DNA of 14,653 nt from an uncultured Fibrobacterales bacterium (GCA_963934255.1 CAWVXU010000066.1:1-14653); one strand, 5' to 3'. Shown: positions 1 through 9,389, counted from the first letter of the stretch. The notes: generated from the sequence alone by a model not told the origin. Numbers and translations are program-made.

Positions 1-12
1 AGTGCTTAAACC

Positions 13-51
13 AACAAAGGCCTCAATTCTCATTGAAGCCTTTATTTTTTT
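13..51. terminator. Rho-independent terminator downstream of leuS, probably bidirectional
   Basis: Inverted repeat AAAGGCCTCAAT (16-27) / loop TCTC / ATTGAAGCCTTT (32-43). On the minus strand the loop is GAGA, the single mismatch becomes a G-U wobble, and the stem runs into UUUGUU. On the plus strand the stem is followed by ATTTTTTT. Confidence 0.8.
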
Positions 52-96
52 CCATCTAGGATGAGAAAGAATCTAAAATTTTAGAAGTCTAAATTT

Positions 97-2841
97 CTAA
101 CCCTTCACCACAATATTCACAAGCTTATTAGGAACAACAATTTCCTTCACAACTTCTTTGCCAGTAGTAAATTCGATAATACGTTCATTGGCTTGAGCTA
201 GCTTGAGAAGCTCTTCTTTAGAAGCCCCTTTAGGCACGGATGCTTTGGCACGAACTTTACCATTGACTTGAAACACAATAGTCACTTCATCATCTTCAGC
301 TTTAGAAGGGTCAGAAGCGGGCCAGGCGGTGTAGCTTAAGTCAGTCTTTCCAAGTTGTGCCCACATCTCTTCTGCTAAGTGAGGAGCAAATGGTGCTAGT
401 ACTTGTACGAAGATTTCCATCACTTCACGATAGCGAATATCAAATTTGGCAATCGTGTTATTGAATATCATCAACTGAGAAATAGCAGTATTAAAGCGCA
501 TACCTTCAATGTCAGATTCAATTTTCATGATCGATTGATGTGCGACTTTAATTAATTCTTTGGGAGCTTCGTCTGTTGAGTATTCAAAAGCACCTTCTTC
601 GGAGTTAAAGTTTCGCCACACTTTTTGTAAGAAACGATATTGACCTTCCATACCAGAAGTCTGCCAAGGTTTGGTGGCCTCTAGTGGTCCCATAAACATC
701 TCGTATAAACGAAGTGCGTCAGCGCCATAGACATCGACGACATCATCTGGGTTGACAACGTTTTTCAAAGATTTAGACATCTTAGCGACGATTTGTTTGA
801 GTTCTTCACCCGTTTCTATATGCCAGTATTTGCCTTCGCGTTCTTCGACTTCATCAGATGGGACCTTCGATCCGTTTTCAGTTTCGTAAGCAAATGCCAG
901 GATCATTCCCTGGTTGAATAGTTTTTGATAAGGCTCATCAGTGGAGACAACACCTAGATCAAACAAAACTTTATGCCAAAATCTTGAGTACAGTAGGTGA
1001 AGTACGGCATGTTCTGCACCACCTACATAAAGATCGACTGGCATCCAGTAATTTTCTTTAGCAGCGTCAATCAGAGAATCTTCATTCATCGGATCGATAT
1101 AGCGTAAGTAGTACCAACAAGACCCAGCCCATTGTGGCATCGTGTTGGTCTCGCGACGGCCTTTACGACCATTTTTGTCGACAACATCTAACCAGTCACC
1201 CGCGCGCGCAAGAGGTGACTCACCTGATTCGGCAGGATGGTAATCTTCAAGGTCTGGGAGTCTTACTGGAAGATCACTCGTCTCAACTCCAGAGACTTCA
1301 CCGTCTTCCCAGTGAATGATGGGGAAGGGTTCGCCCCAGTAACGTTGTCTAGAGAATAACCAATCACGTAATTTATAGTTGATTTTAAATTCACCTAAAC
1401 CTTGCTCGGCAAGCCATTTGGTGACTGTGCGAACGGCGTCTTTTTTCTTTTGACCATTGATGTCAATAGAGTCGTTAGATGAGTTGATTGCTTGACCATT
1501 TCCAGTCCAACATTCTTCACCATTCAAAATCGCTTGGCGAACTTCTTCTTGTCCGGCAGGGTTTGAAAGAAGTTTGTTGATTTCTTTTTTGGACCATTTA
1601 AAGGTGGCCGTTTGGTCAGCACTTGCACCCTTAAGAGTAGGGTCTAAAATACAGCGAATAGGCAGGTCAAAAGTTTTAGCAAATTCGAAGTCACGATTAT
1701 CATGTGCTGGAACAGCCATGATAGCACCTGTACCATAGTTAATCAGTACATAGTCTGCAACCCATATAGGGATTTCTTCACCAGTCAATGGGTTGATGCC
1801 GTAGCTTCCAGTAAATACACCTGACTTTTCTTTAGCAAGTTCGGTACGCTCAAGGTCAGATTTGAGACCTGATGCTTGTATGTAAGCTGCAACTTCGTCT
1901 TTTTTGTCAGCCTGAACTAAGGTGTCAAGGAGCTCGTGCTCAGGAGCCACGACCATGTAGGTTGCACCAAATAATGTGTCTGGGCGGGTTGTGTAAACGC
2001 GTAGTTTATTTTCAGAACCTTTGATGTTAAAATCAACTTCAGCGCCTGTAGAGCGACCGATCCAATTTTTTTGCATGTCAATCACGCCTGCTGGCCAGTC
2101 AACAGTATCAAGTCCTTTGAGAAGTCTTTCAGCGTAATGAGCAATTCTCATTTGCCACTGTTTAAGTCCTTTTTTATAGACACCTTTTTTGCCACATTTC
2201 TCATGTGATCCATCACCCAAAACTTCTTCGTTAGCACAAACTGTTTTACAATGAGGACAAAACCATACTGAGGCTTCGTCATAATAAGCTAGGCGGTTAT
2301 CATCTTGAAATTGGCGAACAGCTTCGATACCTTGATCTTGAATTTCACTAGGGATTGTCAGTTCAGATATCGGTCGACCTTTTTGAAGGTCAGCATCAAA
2401 CCATGTGTTGTACATTTTGATGAAAATCCACTGAGTCCATTTGAAGTACTTCGGGTCAGTCGTGTTGATCTCACGACCCCAATCATAACTAAGCCCTAAT
2501 GATTTAATTTGTTTCTTAAAATTTCCACAGTTAGTTTCTGTAGTTACCGCAGGGTGAGTGCCAGTCTGAAGGGCATATTGTTCAGCCGGAAGTCCAAACG
2601 CATCCCATCCCATAGGATGAAGAACATTAAATCCATTGGCGCGTTTGTAACGACATAAGATGTCTGTTGCAGTGTAGCCTTCAGGGTGACCCACGTGAAG
2701 TCCAGCACCTGACGGGTAAGGGAACATGTCTAAGCAATAGAATTTTGGCTTAGTACGATCTTCGCTTGTTTTAAAGGTTTGATTAGCTTCCCAAAAGTTT
2801 TGCCACTTGGGTTCAATATCTGCAGGACTGTATTTTGACAT
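97..2841 (-). CDS. leuS: Leucine--tRNA ligase (class Ia), 914 aa
   Basis: [14 protein letters not shown] (HIGH motif), [17 protein letters not shown]1 editing motifs [13 protein letters not shown] and [27 protein letters not shown], and C-terminal QVNGKVR. Confidence 0.99.
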   Translation of the reverse strand: MSKYSPADIEPKWQNFWEANQTFKTSEDRTKPKFYCLDMFPYPSGAGLHVGHPEGYTATDILCRYKRANGFNVLHPMGWDAFGLPAEQYALQTGTHPAVTTETNCGNFKKQIKSLGLSYDWGREINTTDPKYFKWTQWIFIKMYNTWFDADLQKGRPISELTIPSEIQDQGIEAVRQFQDDNRLAYYDEASVWFCPHCKTVCANEEVLGDGSHEKCGKKGVYKKGLKQWQMRIAHYAERLLKGLDTVDWPAGVIDMQKNWIGRSTGAEVDFNIKGSENKLRVYTTRPDTLFGATYMVVAPEHELLDTLVQADKKDEVAAYIQASGLKSDLERTELAKEKSGVFTGSYGINPLTGEEIPIWVADYVLINYGTGAIMAVPAHDNRDFEFAKTFDLPIRCILDPTLKGASADQTATFKWSKKEINKLLSNPAGQEEVRQAILNGEECWTGNGQAINSSNDSIDINGQKKKDAVRTVTKWLAEQGLGEFKINYKLRDWLFSRQRYWGEPFPIIHWEDGEVSGVETSDLPVRLPDLEDYHPAESGESPLARAGDWLDVVDKNGRKGRRETNTMPQWAGSCWYYLRYIDPMNEDSLIDAAKENYWMPVDLYVGGAEHAVLHLLYSRFWHKVLFDLGVVSTDEPYQKLFNQGMILAFAYETENGSKVPSDEVEEREGKYWHIETGEELKQIVAKMSKSLKNVVNPDDVVDVYGADALRLYEMFMGPLEATKPWQTSGMEGQYRFLQKVWRNFNSEEGAFEYSTDEAPKELIKVAHQSIMKIESDIEGMRFNTAISQLMIFNNTIAKFDIRYREVMEIFVQVLAPFAPHLAEEMWAQLGKTDLSYTAWPASDPSKAEDDEVTIVFQVNGKVRAKASVPKGASKEELLKLAQANERIIEFTTGKEVVKEIVVPNKLVNIVVKG

Positions 2842-2871
2842 AATTATTCTCAGGTGCGAGGTGTTTTATGG

Positions 2872-2879
2872 CAAATTTA
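2872..2879 (-). promoter_or_regulatory. Putative TAnnTTTG (-7 type) promoter element for leuS
   Basis: The minus strand reads TAAATTTG(C), ending 30 nt upstream of the leuS ATG and overlapping the trmH stop codon. It matches the Bacteroidota -7 consensus TAnnTTTG. Confidence 0.4.
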
Positions 2880-3542
2880 ACAAATATCCTCCACAACGGG
2901 GTGTTCATCAAAGCCTTCTAGATGTCTTGAGTACCATTCGTGGAGTAGGCGTTCTTGTTCTTCAGCTTCAAGGGTATATTTCTCGCGTCCTTCACGTCGT
3001 AAGTAGAGCTCAAGGTTGGTCATGAGACAGCCTGCAGCGACTGAAACGTTCATTGACTCAGTGATGCCATACTGAGGTAGTTTGAACTCGATATCGGCTT
3101 GTTTGAGTGTGTCAGGGTGGTTGCCGGCACCTTCGGTCCCTAGATAAAAGGCAGTTGGCGTACTTAAGTCAATCATATCTAGAGTTTGATCTGTATTGGT
3201 CGAAGCCACAGCGATACGATAACCTTGTTCTTTTAAGTGGTCCATGCACTTTTGACGCTCTTGGTAGCGTTTGATATTCATCCATTTGACTGAACCCTTC
3301 ATCACAGATTTGTTAATCTTATAAGGGTTGAGTTCTTCAATGACATGTACATCTTGAAAGCCAAAAACTTCACTTGTGCGAACGACTGCACTAATGTTGT
3401 GCGGGTCATAGAAATCTTCCAAAACCATAGCAAAGTGCCGAGTTCTTTGAGCGAGGATTCCACGAAGCAGGCCGATACGGCGCTCGGTCATTTTGGTTTC
3501 CATTTGAATGATATTGGCTTTGATTTCTTCGAGACTTTTCAC
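2877..3542 (-). CDS. trmH: TrmH/SpoU-family RNA 2'-O-methyltransferase, likely tRNA Gm18 methyltransferase, 221 aa
   Basis: SpoU motif 1 VLEDFYDPHNISAVVRT, motif 2 FYLGTEGAG, motif 3 LPQYGITESMNVSVAAG. The GTG start overlaps the upstream TGA stop (GTGA, 3539-3542). Substrate is inferred from family resemblance. Confidence 0.85.
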   Translation of the reverse strand: MKSLEEIKANIIQMETKMTERRIGLLRGILAQRTRHFAMVLEDFYDPHNISAVVRTSEVFGFQDVHVIEELNPYKINKSVMKGSVKWMNIKRYQERQKCMDHLKEQGYRIAVASTNTDQTLDMIDLSTPTAFYLGTEGAGNHPDTLKQADIEFKLPQYGITESMNVSVAAGCLMTNLELYLRREGREKYTLEAEEQERLLHEWYSRHLEGFDEHPVVEDIC

Positions 3543-4441
3543 TTGGTTTCTTTCTCAAGACTGTTAAGGTCAGAGGCTTTTAAAGCTTGAGGCTTTGGAA
3601 TCGGAGCCCCTTTGCGGTAGCCCTCATTAATGAGTATTTGATTCCACTCTTTCAGCCGTTTCTTACCAGTAGGATTTTGTAAAGATTTTAATTTTAAAAC
3701 TGGGGCCTCGTTGCCATTGGCGTATTCAGAAGCCGCAAATTTGACATCATCAAGGATGTGGTTGATCTTTTTAATAACCATGTTCTTAAAAACTCCCATA
3801 CTCATGATGCCATTGAGCATTGAGCCACCTGGGAATGCGACACAATCTACTTCAAAATCTATTTCGTTATTTCCTACAGGGAAGTACCTGATATAGATGA
3901 GAGCCTCACCTTTTAGATTCCACATAAGGACTTTTGCATATCCATCGCCATAGGCTAAATTAGAAGTACGTTTAGCAGATTGAAAGGCCCAGACAAAGCG
4001 TCCACGAAGACTACGACCATTGGTCCCTTTAAAGACACTTTTGTTGCGAGTCAGATAGGACGCAGAATAAGATTCGTCATGATAAGCGTTGATCAGTTGT
4101 GCTGCAAAGGGGATGTTATTCATTAGGTATTCCATCATGCCGCTTGAGATAGGGAGGTGACCTTTAATTGGATAAACCATCCGGTATTCACGGCCGAGTA
4201 GGCTGTAAACTTTCATGGCTTTATGTGATTGATGGTCGGGTAGAACTTTTTTGGCTTTTTCAAATTCTGAACAAAATCCGACATTATATTCAATATCTTC
4301 GTTTTTGGCATAGTGAAAATCCTTACACTCAGTCGCCTCGAGTCCAAGACAATGCTTGATTCCAGAGCAATAAGAGTGAGGCTCAAAGGACACAGCCCAT
4401 GAGTTCACAACAAAAATTATCAAAAATAAGTACCACTTCAT
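3539..4441 (-). CDS. Exported hypothetical protein, 300 aa, possibly START/SRPBCC (helix-grip) like
   Basis: Long ORF co-oriented with its neighbours and overlapping the trmH start. Sec-type signal MKWYLFLIIFVVNSWA and four N-terminal Cys (25, 31, 39, 57). The fold call is inference only. Confidence 0.8.
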   Translation of the reverse strand: MKWYLFLIIFVVNSWAVSFEPHSYCSGIKHCLGLEATECKDFHYAKNEDIEYNVGFCSEFEKAKKVLPDHQSHKAMKVYSLLGREYRMVYPIKGHLPISSGMMEYLMNNIPFAAQLINAYHDESYSASYLTRNKSVFKGTNGRSLRGRFVWAFQSAKRTSNLAYGDGYAKVLMWNLKGEALIYIRYFPVGNNEIDFEVDCVAFPGGSMLNGIMSMGVFKNMVIKKINHILDDVKFAASEYANGNEAPVLKLKSLQNPTGKKRLKEWNQILINEGYRKGAPIPKPQALKASDLNSLEKETK

Positions 4442-4515
4442 ATTTATAACTTAGAAAATTGAGGCCACTTGAATCTGAAGAATTGTTCTCTTAAGCAAAA
4501 ATTTACTCAAGTGAA

Positions 4516-6057
4516 TTATTTCCTCTTATCCAAGTCCTGGATAGTTAAAACTTTTACAGATCCTAATGAGTCCAGAGGTGCTCCAATCTGGACTTTGGGA
4601 TCATTGAGCTCAGCTAATGGTCCTACCAGGGTAATCAGCATCTTTTCTGGGGTGAAATATTTCTTCAGTACTTCTTGGATACGCGCTTTAGTCACTTTGC
4701 GCAGGGCTAATGGGTAGTCTTTGTAATGTGAAGCTTTACGGCCTCTCATCTCAGAGTAGATAAATGCGTCAATAGTGCTTTCTGGAGTGTCAAATAAGCT
4801 TGGAATTGAGGCGATCATGCCTTCAATAGCCCGCTCAACCTCTTGGTCTGTCGGACCTTCAATTGTGAGTTTTTTGATTTCTTCGAAGGCAAGTTCAATT
4901 GCTTGAGTGGTGCTGGTTACCTTGGTCTGTAGGCGAATCCCTGAAGTAGAAGGGCGTCGATAGTTTGAGCTTGTGAAACTTCCTACCGAATACGCTAAAC
5001 CATGCTCAGTGCGAATTGAGGCGACAAGTCTTGAGGTGAAACCACCTGCACCAAGGATGTACGATGCCACAGCAGCAGGGTAGTAGTCAGGATGAGGTCT
5101 TTGTAAGAAAGCTTGACCCATACGAATTTGAGTTTGTTTACTTGGGAAGTCAATGATGTAGATTCCAGCTTGGTTATTGATAGTCGGCGGGTAGAGGTGC
5201 TCGGGTGTCGTTGTCCTGGGTTTGAGCTCAGCAAGAAATTTTTTGATTTGTAGGATCATCTCTTCTTTTTGGAAATCACCCGAAATTCCGATATAAAGCT
5301 TTTTACCCTGAAAGTTTGCTTTGGCAAATTGACTGAGTTTTTTGGGAGTAAGTTTCTTGACTTCATTGACTCGAAGTCCCCAGTTAGACGGGTGAGTTCC
5401 AAACATCACATGAGAATAAAGGTCACTTGAAATACTTGAAGGCTTGTCGTATTTGTGTTCTAGCGCTTGAATCACTTGTTGCTTATAAACAGAGAGTCTT
5501 TTGGAATCGAATTTAGGTTTTAATACCAAATCCTTCAGGATGTCTAAAGCCTGAGGAAAATTGTTTTTGAGTGAATTTACACTCAGTCTAGATGTTCTCT
5601 CGTTGAGGGAAACACTTAAATATGTCGATTGAAACTCCAGAGTATCTTCGAGAACATCTGGTGCAAAAGATTCAGTCCCGCCTCTTTTGTACATCGACCC
5701 TAAAGTCGAGTAGATAGGGAATTCCGCTTCATTTGCACTGATGTTGCTTTCTTCAAAAGTGATGTCCATTTTGATGAGAGGCAGTGATGGACTTGGATAT
5801 AGGTAAACAACAGTATTTGAATCCAACTCAATTCGGTAGTCACTAGGGTATGGTGCTACATAAGTGAAATCAGGGTATTTAAGTTCTTTGTAGTGAGCTG
5901 GGACAAGGCCTAGTCCCCTATCTTGAGAATCAGTAGACTTGACTCCAGGCATTTTCTGAATCATATCTTCTTTGCGAAGCTTGACCTTTTTAAAAGGCAC
6001 AGTTGAACAAGCTATGAGTGATAGAGCGATACTTGATGTAATTAAAATTTTAAACAT
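4516..6057 (-). CDS. M16-family peptidase, non-catalytic subunit, predicted lipoprotein, 513 aa
   Basis: M16 C-terminal signature ILGAGGFTSRLVASIRTEHGLAYSVGS with the R/Y pair. No HXXEH. Lipobox LIA-C at Cys17. Starts 2 nt after the stop of the catalytic subunit gene. Confidence 0.9.
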   Translation of the reverse strand: MFKILITSSIALSLIACSTVPFKKVKLRKEDMIQKMPGVKSTDSQDRGLGLVPAHYKELKYPDFTYVAPYPSDYRIELDSNTVVYLYPSPSLPLIKMDITFEESNISANEAEFPIYSTLGSMYKRGGTESFAPDVLEDTLEFQSTYLSVSLNERTSRLSVNSLKNNFPQALDILKDLVLKPKFDSKRLSVYKQQVIQALEHKYDKPSSISSDLYSHVMFGTHPSNWGLRVNEVKKLTPKKLSQFAKANFQGKKLYIGISGDFQKEEMILQIKKFLAELKPRTTTPEHLYPPTINNQAGIYIIDFPSKQTQIRMGQAFLQRPHPDYYPAAVASYILGAGGFTSRLVASIRTEHGLAYSVGSFTSSNYRRPSTSGIRLQTKVTSTTQAIELAFEEIKKLTIEGPTDQEVERAIEGMIASIPSLFDTPESTIDAFIYSEMRGRKASHYKDYPLALRKVTKARIQEVLKKYFTPEKMLITLVGPLAELNDPKVQIGAPLDSLGSVKVLTIQDLDKRK

Positions 6058-6059
6058 GA

Positions 6060-7592
6060 CTATAATCCTTTCTCTGGACTCAGCTTGGTTGGCAGTATCA
6101 TGCCTTGAGTTGAGAGATGATACTTAAAGTATTGCTTGGCGACGGCCTGAACTTCTTCTGGTGTCACCTTTTGGACTCCTGCTGGGAAAGTACTAATGAT
6201 ATTCCAATCACCATACATTTCATAAAATGCCAGTTGAGTTGCTAGGTGTTCGATGTTTTCAAGGCTACGAACTGTTTTGGCAACCACTTGGTTTTTAACT
6301 TTCTGAAGTTCACGGTTGGATATCGGCGTGTCTTGAAGTTTTTTAATTTCAGTCCAAATTGCCTTGATGACTTCTTGATGTTTGGTGGGATCTTTGAGGA
6401 CTGCGCTGAGGTTAAAGCTTGACATGTATTTGTCGGCATAATTCCCACTACTGACTCCATTAGCGATCTTCTTTTTGATAACAAGCTCACGGTTAAGACG
6501 TCCACTAGCTCCATTTAAGACACCTTCGATAACATCAAGAGCATAGATGTCTTTGTGGTTAATTGACGGAGTGTGGAACATGATATCTACACGAGGCTTG
6601 GCGTCATCTTTATACTGAACAATGGACTTGTGTGCGACTTGCTCTGGCTCTTTGATCAGGATCTCTGCATGAGATTCACCACGGGGGATCGGTGCAAAAT
6701 ATTGACGCACTTGAGGCATGATTTCTTCAGGTTTGACATCACCTGATAAGACGAGAATTGCATTGTTTGGTTTATAGTATTTGTCATAATGATCTTGAGC
6801 TTGTTTTCTTGTGAGTTGCTCGATGTCTGAGGCCCAGCCGATGGTCGGGACTCTAAACGGAAATGCTTCATAAAAAACAGCTGTTAAAGTTTCCCAGTAT
6901 CTGCCTGTAGGAGAGTCTTCATAACGCATGCGTCTTTCTTCTCGAACTACATCACGCTCTGGGTAGAACTCACGAAGCACGCCATATTGCATTCGGTCTG
7001 CTTCAAGCCAAAAGTAGAGCTCGAGTTTGTTTTTAGGAAGAGTGACAAAATAAGCAGTCATCAAGTCAGAAGTAAAAGCATTCAGTCCTGTTCCACCTTC
7101 TTTGAGATAGGTTTCCCAAAGTTCATCTTTGACAAAAATCTTACGGTGCTCAGTCAAAAGAGAATCGTAGCTTGATTTCTCTGTTGCCAAAAGTGTAGAG
7201 TCTTTTTTGAGACGAGCACTTCGCATGAGGGCTCTGACGCTATCAATCTGATGAATGTATTGAGCATCCAAAATACTATCAGTGATACCTGTTTTTTTGG
7301 TCCCCTTAAAAAGCATGTGCTCAAGCATGTGAGCGATACCAGACCTACCTGGGGCTTCATGAACTGACCCCGTTGTAAAAAACAAACGAGCAGCCACAAT
7401 AGGCGCTTGATGATTGGGATTGATAAGAACGACAAGGCCATTGTCTAAGACTTCTCTATAGACGGGAAGCTTGATTTCTTGAGCGCTGAGTTGAACTGTG
7501 CTCAGGGAAATAAATCCGAGCGCTGCAAATCCAAGACCGAGAGTAGAAAAATGATTCGACACACTTTTTAAAATATGATTGAAAAATCGCAC
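6060..7592 (-). CDS. M16-family (insulinase/pitrilysin-like) zinc peptidase, catalytic subunit, 510 aa
   Basis: LDNGL start of domain, inverted zinc motif GIAHMLEHMLFKGT (H88-E91-H92), NAFTS, and ERDVVREE (third ligand). Signal peptide ending LSA|Q. GTG start with GGAG 5 nt upstream. Confidence 0.95.
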   Translation of the reverse strand: MRFFNHILKSVSNHFSTLGLGFAALGFISLSTVQLSAQEIKLPVYREVLDNGLVVLINPNHQAPIVAARLFFTTGSVHEAPGRSGIAHMLEHMLFKGTKKTGITDSILDAQYIHQIDSVRALMRSARLKKDSTLLATEKSSYDSLLTEHRKIFVKDELWETYLKEGGTGLNAFTSDLMTAYFVTLPKNKLELYFWLEADRMQYGVLREFYPERDVVREERRMRYEDSPTGRYWETLTAVFYEAFPFRVPTIGWASDIEQLTRKQAQDHYDKYYKPNNAILVLSGDVKPEEIMPQVRQYFAPIPRGESHAEILIKEPEQVAHKSIVQYKDDAKPRVDIMFHTPSINHKDIYALDVIEGVLNGASGRLNRELVIKKKIANGVSSGNYADKYMSSFNLSAVLKDPTKHQEVIKAIWTEIKKLQDTPISNRELQKVKNQVVAKTVRSLENIEHLATQLAFYEMYGDWNIISTFPAGVQKVTPEEVQAVAKQYFKYHLSTQGMILPTKLSPEKGL

Positions 7593-7650
7593 ATTAGCTC
7601 CTAAAGGCTGTCACGCTTGAATGCCATGATGATAAGTCAATATAAGATAC

Positions 7651-7685
7651 AAAAAAAGGCTAGATCGCAAACGATATAGCCTTTT
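7651..7685 (-). terminator. Rho-independent terminator downstream of the XPB gene
   Basis: The minus strand reads AAAAGGCTATATCG-TTTG-CGATCTAGCC-TTTTTTT: a 10-bp stem with one mismatch followed by a U7 tract, about 20 nt after the XPB stop codon. Confidence 0.85.
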
Positions 7686-7706
7686 AGTTATTCTTAGGAA
7701 ATCTGC

Positions 7707-9389
7707 TTATTCAGGAGGATCCCAGTTTTCAATTTTATATTGATAACCTTGCTCAGCAAGGAAAAGTTGACGATTCATCGCAAATTCTTGTTCACGAGTA
7801 TCGCGAGTCACAAGAGACAGGAAATGAGCTTGCTTGCCACCCTCTTTGGGTCGAAGTATACGGCCTAGGCGTTGAGCTTCTTCTTGGCGTGAGCCAAAAG
7901 TACCTGAGATTTGAATCAAAACAGTCGCATCAGGAAGGTCAATCGCGAAGTTACCTACTTTCGATATCATCATATGCTTGAGTTCGCCTGAGCGAAATTG
8001 ACCATAAAGCTCTTCACGTTTTTTATTGGGTGTTTTACCAGTAATCAGTGGGATATTAAGCTTAGCGGCAAGGGCTTCTAGTTGGTCAATATATTGGCCA
8101 ATCACAAGTACGCGCTCGTCATCGGCATCATATTTGTTAAGATATTCTTTGACAACGACATCTTTCATTGGATTACAGGAGGCAATTCTGATTTTATCAC
8201 GAGTACCAGCTACTGCATAGGCCATTTTCACTTTATCAATCAAAGGAATACGAATTTCTTTACAGTGAGCCGTTGCAATCCAACCTTTAGCTTCAAGAAG
8301 CTTCCAAGGCATATCATATTTTTTAGGACCAATCAGAGAGAAAACTTCAGCTTCACGACCATCTTCACGAACGAGAGTTGCAGTTAAGCCTAAGCGGCGA
8401 GTTGCTTGCATTTCAGCAGAAACTCTAAAGACTGGAGCTGGCAAAAGGTGAACTTCATCATAAATCATGAGTCCCCATTTGTTTTCAGCAAAAAGATGAA
8501 AATGAGCAAATTCGCCGTCTTTGCCACCTCTTTTTTGAGTTAAAATTTGGTAGGTAGCGACAGTCACATCACCAATTTCTTTTTTCTCACCAGAGTATTC
8601 TTTTACTTGATCTTCAGTCAGGTCAGTTTTATCAAGAATCTCACGAATCCACTGACGACCAGCCACAATGTTTGGACTAAGAATTAAAGTTTTGGTTTGA
8701 GTCAGTGCCATAGTACAGATACCAACGACAGTTTTACCTGCGCCACAAGGAAGTACAATCACCCCTGACCCGCCTTTTTCACTTCCAGAAGCAAAGAAAA
8801 CATCGGAACTCTCTTTTTGATAATCGCGAATATCAAGCGGTTTGCCGTTGGTCATATTCTCTTTTAAGTTCACTTCAAGATGATCACCTTCAACATAACC
8901 AGCTAAATCTTCAACAGGGAAGCCTGCTGAAGTCAGTTCCATCTTAAGGTGCCCACGCATAGAGGCGTCAACGCGAAGCTCTGTATCGGAGATGGCTTCA
9001 AGGATAAATGGCTTTAGGCGTTTAAGATATTGAAGTTCAGTGATGAGTTCAACACTATCACCTTGTAATATTAAGTCTCCACCACGCACCAGAAGTTGAA
9101 CACGACCATAGCGGTTCAAATATTCTTCAACTTCATGAGTCACTGAAGGTGGAATAGGGAATTTGGAGAAGTCTTCTAAACGGCCTAATACCTCTTCAGA
9201 ACTAAAGCCAGCACTAGCTGCATTCCATAGTGATAGATGAGTTATGCGATAGGTATGAAGGTGTTCGGGGCTTTTGATGAGCTCGGTAAAAGGAGCAATA
9301 GCATCACGAGCGGCGGGGTAGTCGGGGTTACTCACCTCGACTAAAATTTCCATATCACTTTGAATAATTAGTGGGGCAAGAGGATTCAA
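7707..9389 (-). CDS. xpb: Bacterial XPB/Rad25 (ERCC3-like) SF2 DNA helicase, 560 aa
   Basis: N-terminal PLIIQSD..ILVEV...SPEHLHTYRIT.LSLWNA typical of bacterial XPB, Walker A GVIVLPCGAGKT, DEVH, LGLTATLVREDG (RED motif) and motif VI GSRQEEAQRLGRILRPK. TTG start with GGAG 6 nt upstream. Confidence 0.95.
   Translation of the reverse strand: MNPLAPLIIQSDMEILVEVSNPDYPAARDAIAPFTELIKSPEHLHTYRITHLSLWNAASAGFSSEEVLGRLEDFSKFPIPPSVTHEVEEYLNRYGRVQLLVRGGDLILQGDSVELITELQYLKRLKPFILEAISDTELRVDASMRGHLKMELTSAGFPVEDLAGYVEGDHLEVNLKENMTNGKPLDIRDYQKESSDVFFASGSEKGGSGVIVLPCGAGKTVVGICTMALTQTKTLILSPNIVAGRQWIREILDKTDLTEDQVKEYSGEKKEIGDVTVATYQILTQKRGGKDGEFAHFHLFAENKWGLMIYDEVHLLPAPVFRVSAEMQATRRLGLTATLVREDGREAEVFSLIGPKKYDMPWKLLEAKGWIATAHCKEIRIPLIDKVKMAYAVAGTRDKIRIASCNPMKDVVVKEYLNKYDADDERVLVIGQYIDQLEALAAKLNIPLITGKTPNKKREELYGQFRSGELKHMMISKVGNFAIDLPDATVLIQISGTFGSRQEEAQRLGRILRPKEGGKQAHFLSLVTRDTREQEFAMNRQLFLAEQGYQYKIENWDPPE

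Noticed and set aside
1..9. AGT GCT TAA as the end of a convergent plus-strand gene
   Set aside because: Three codons cannot support a CDS call. It is noted only as context for the terminator.
2842..2876. Possible T-box or attenuator upstream of leuS; short AGGTG direct repeat at 2852-2863
   Set aside because: The gap is only 35 nt, far too short for a T-box leader, and the 5-nt repeat is expected by chance.
4466..4513. Inverted repeat CACTTGA...TCAAGTG between the M16 lipoprotein gene and the exported protein gene
   Set aside because: Only 7-bp arms with a 34-nt spacer and no U-tract. Not convincing as a terminator or mobile-element end.
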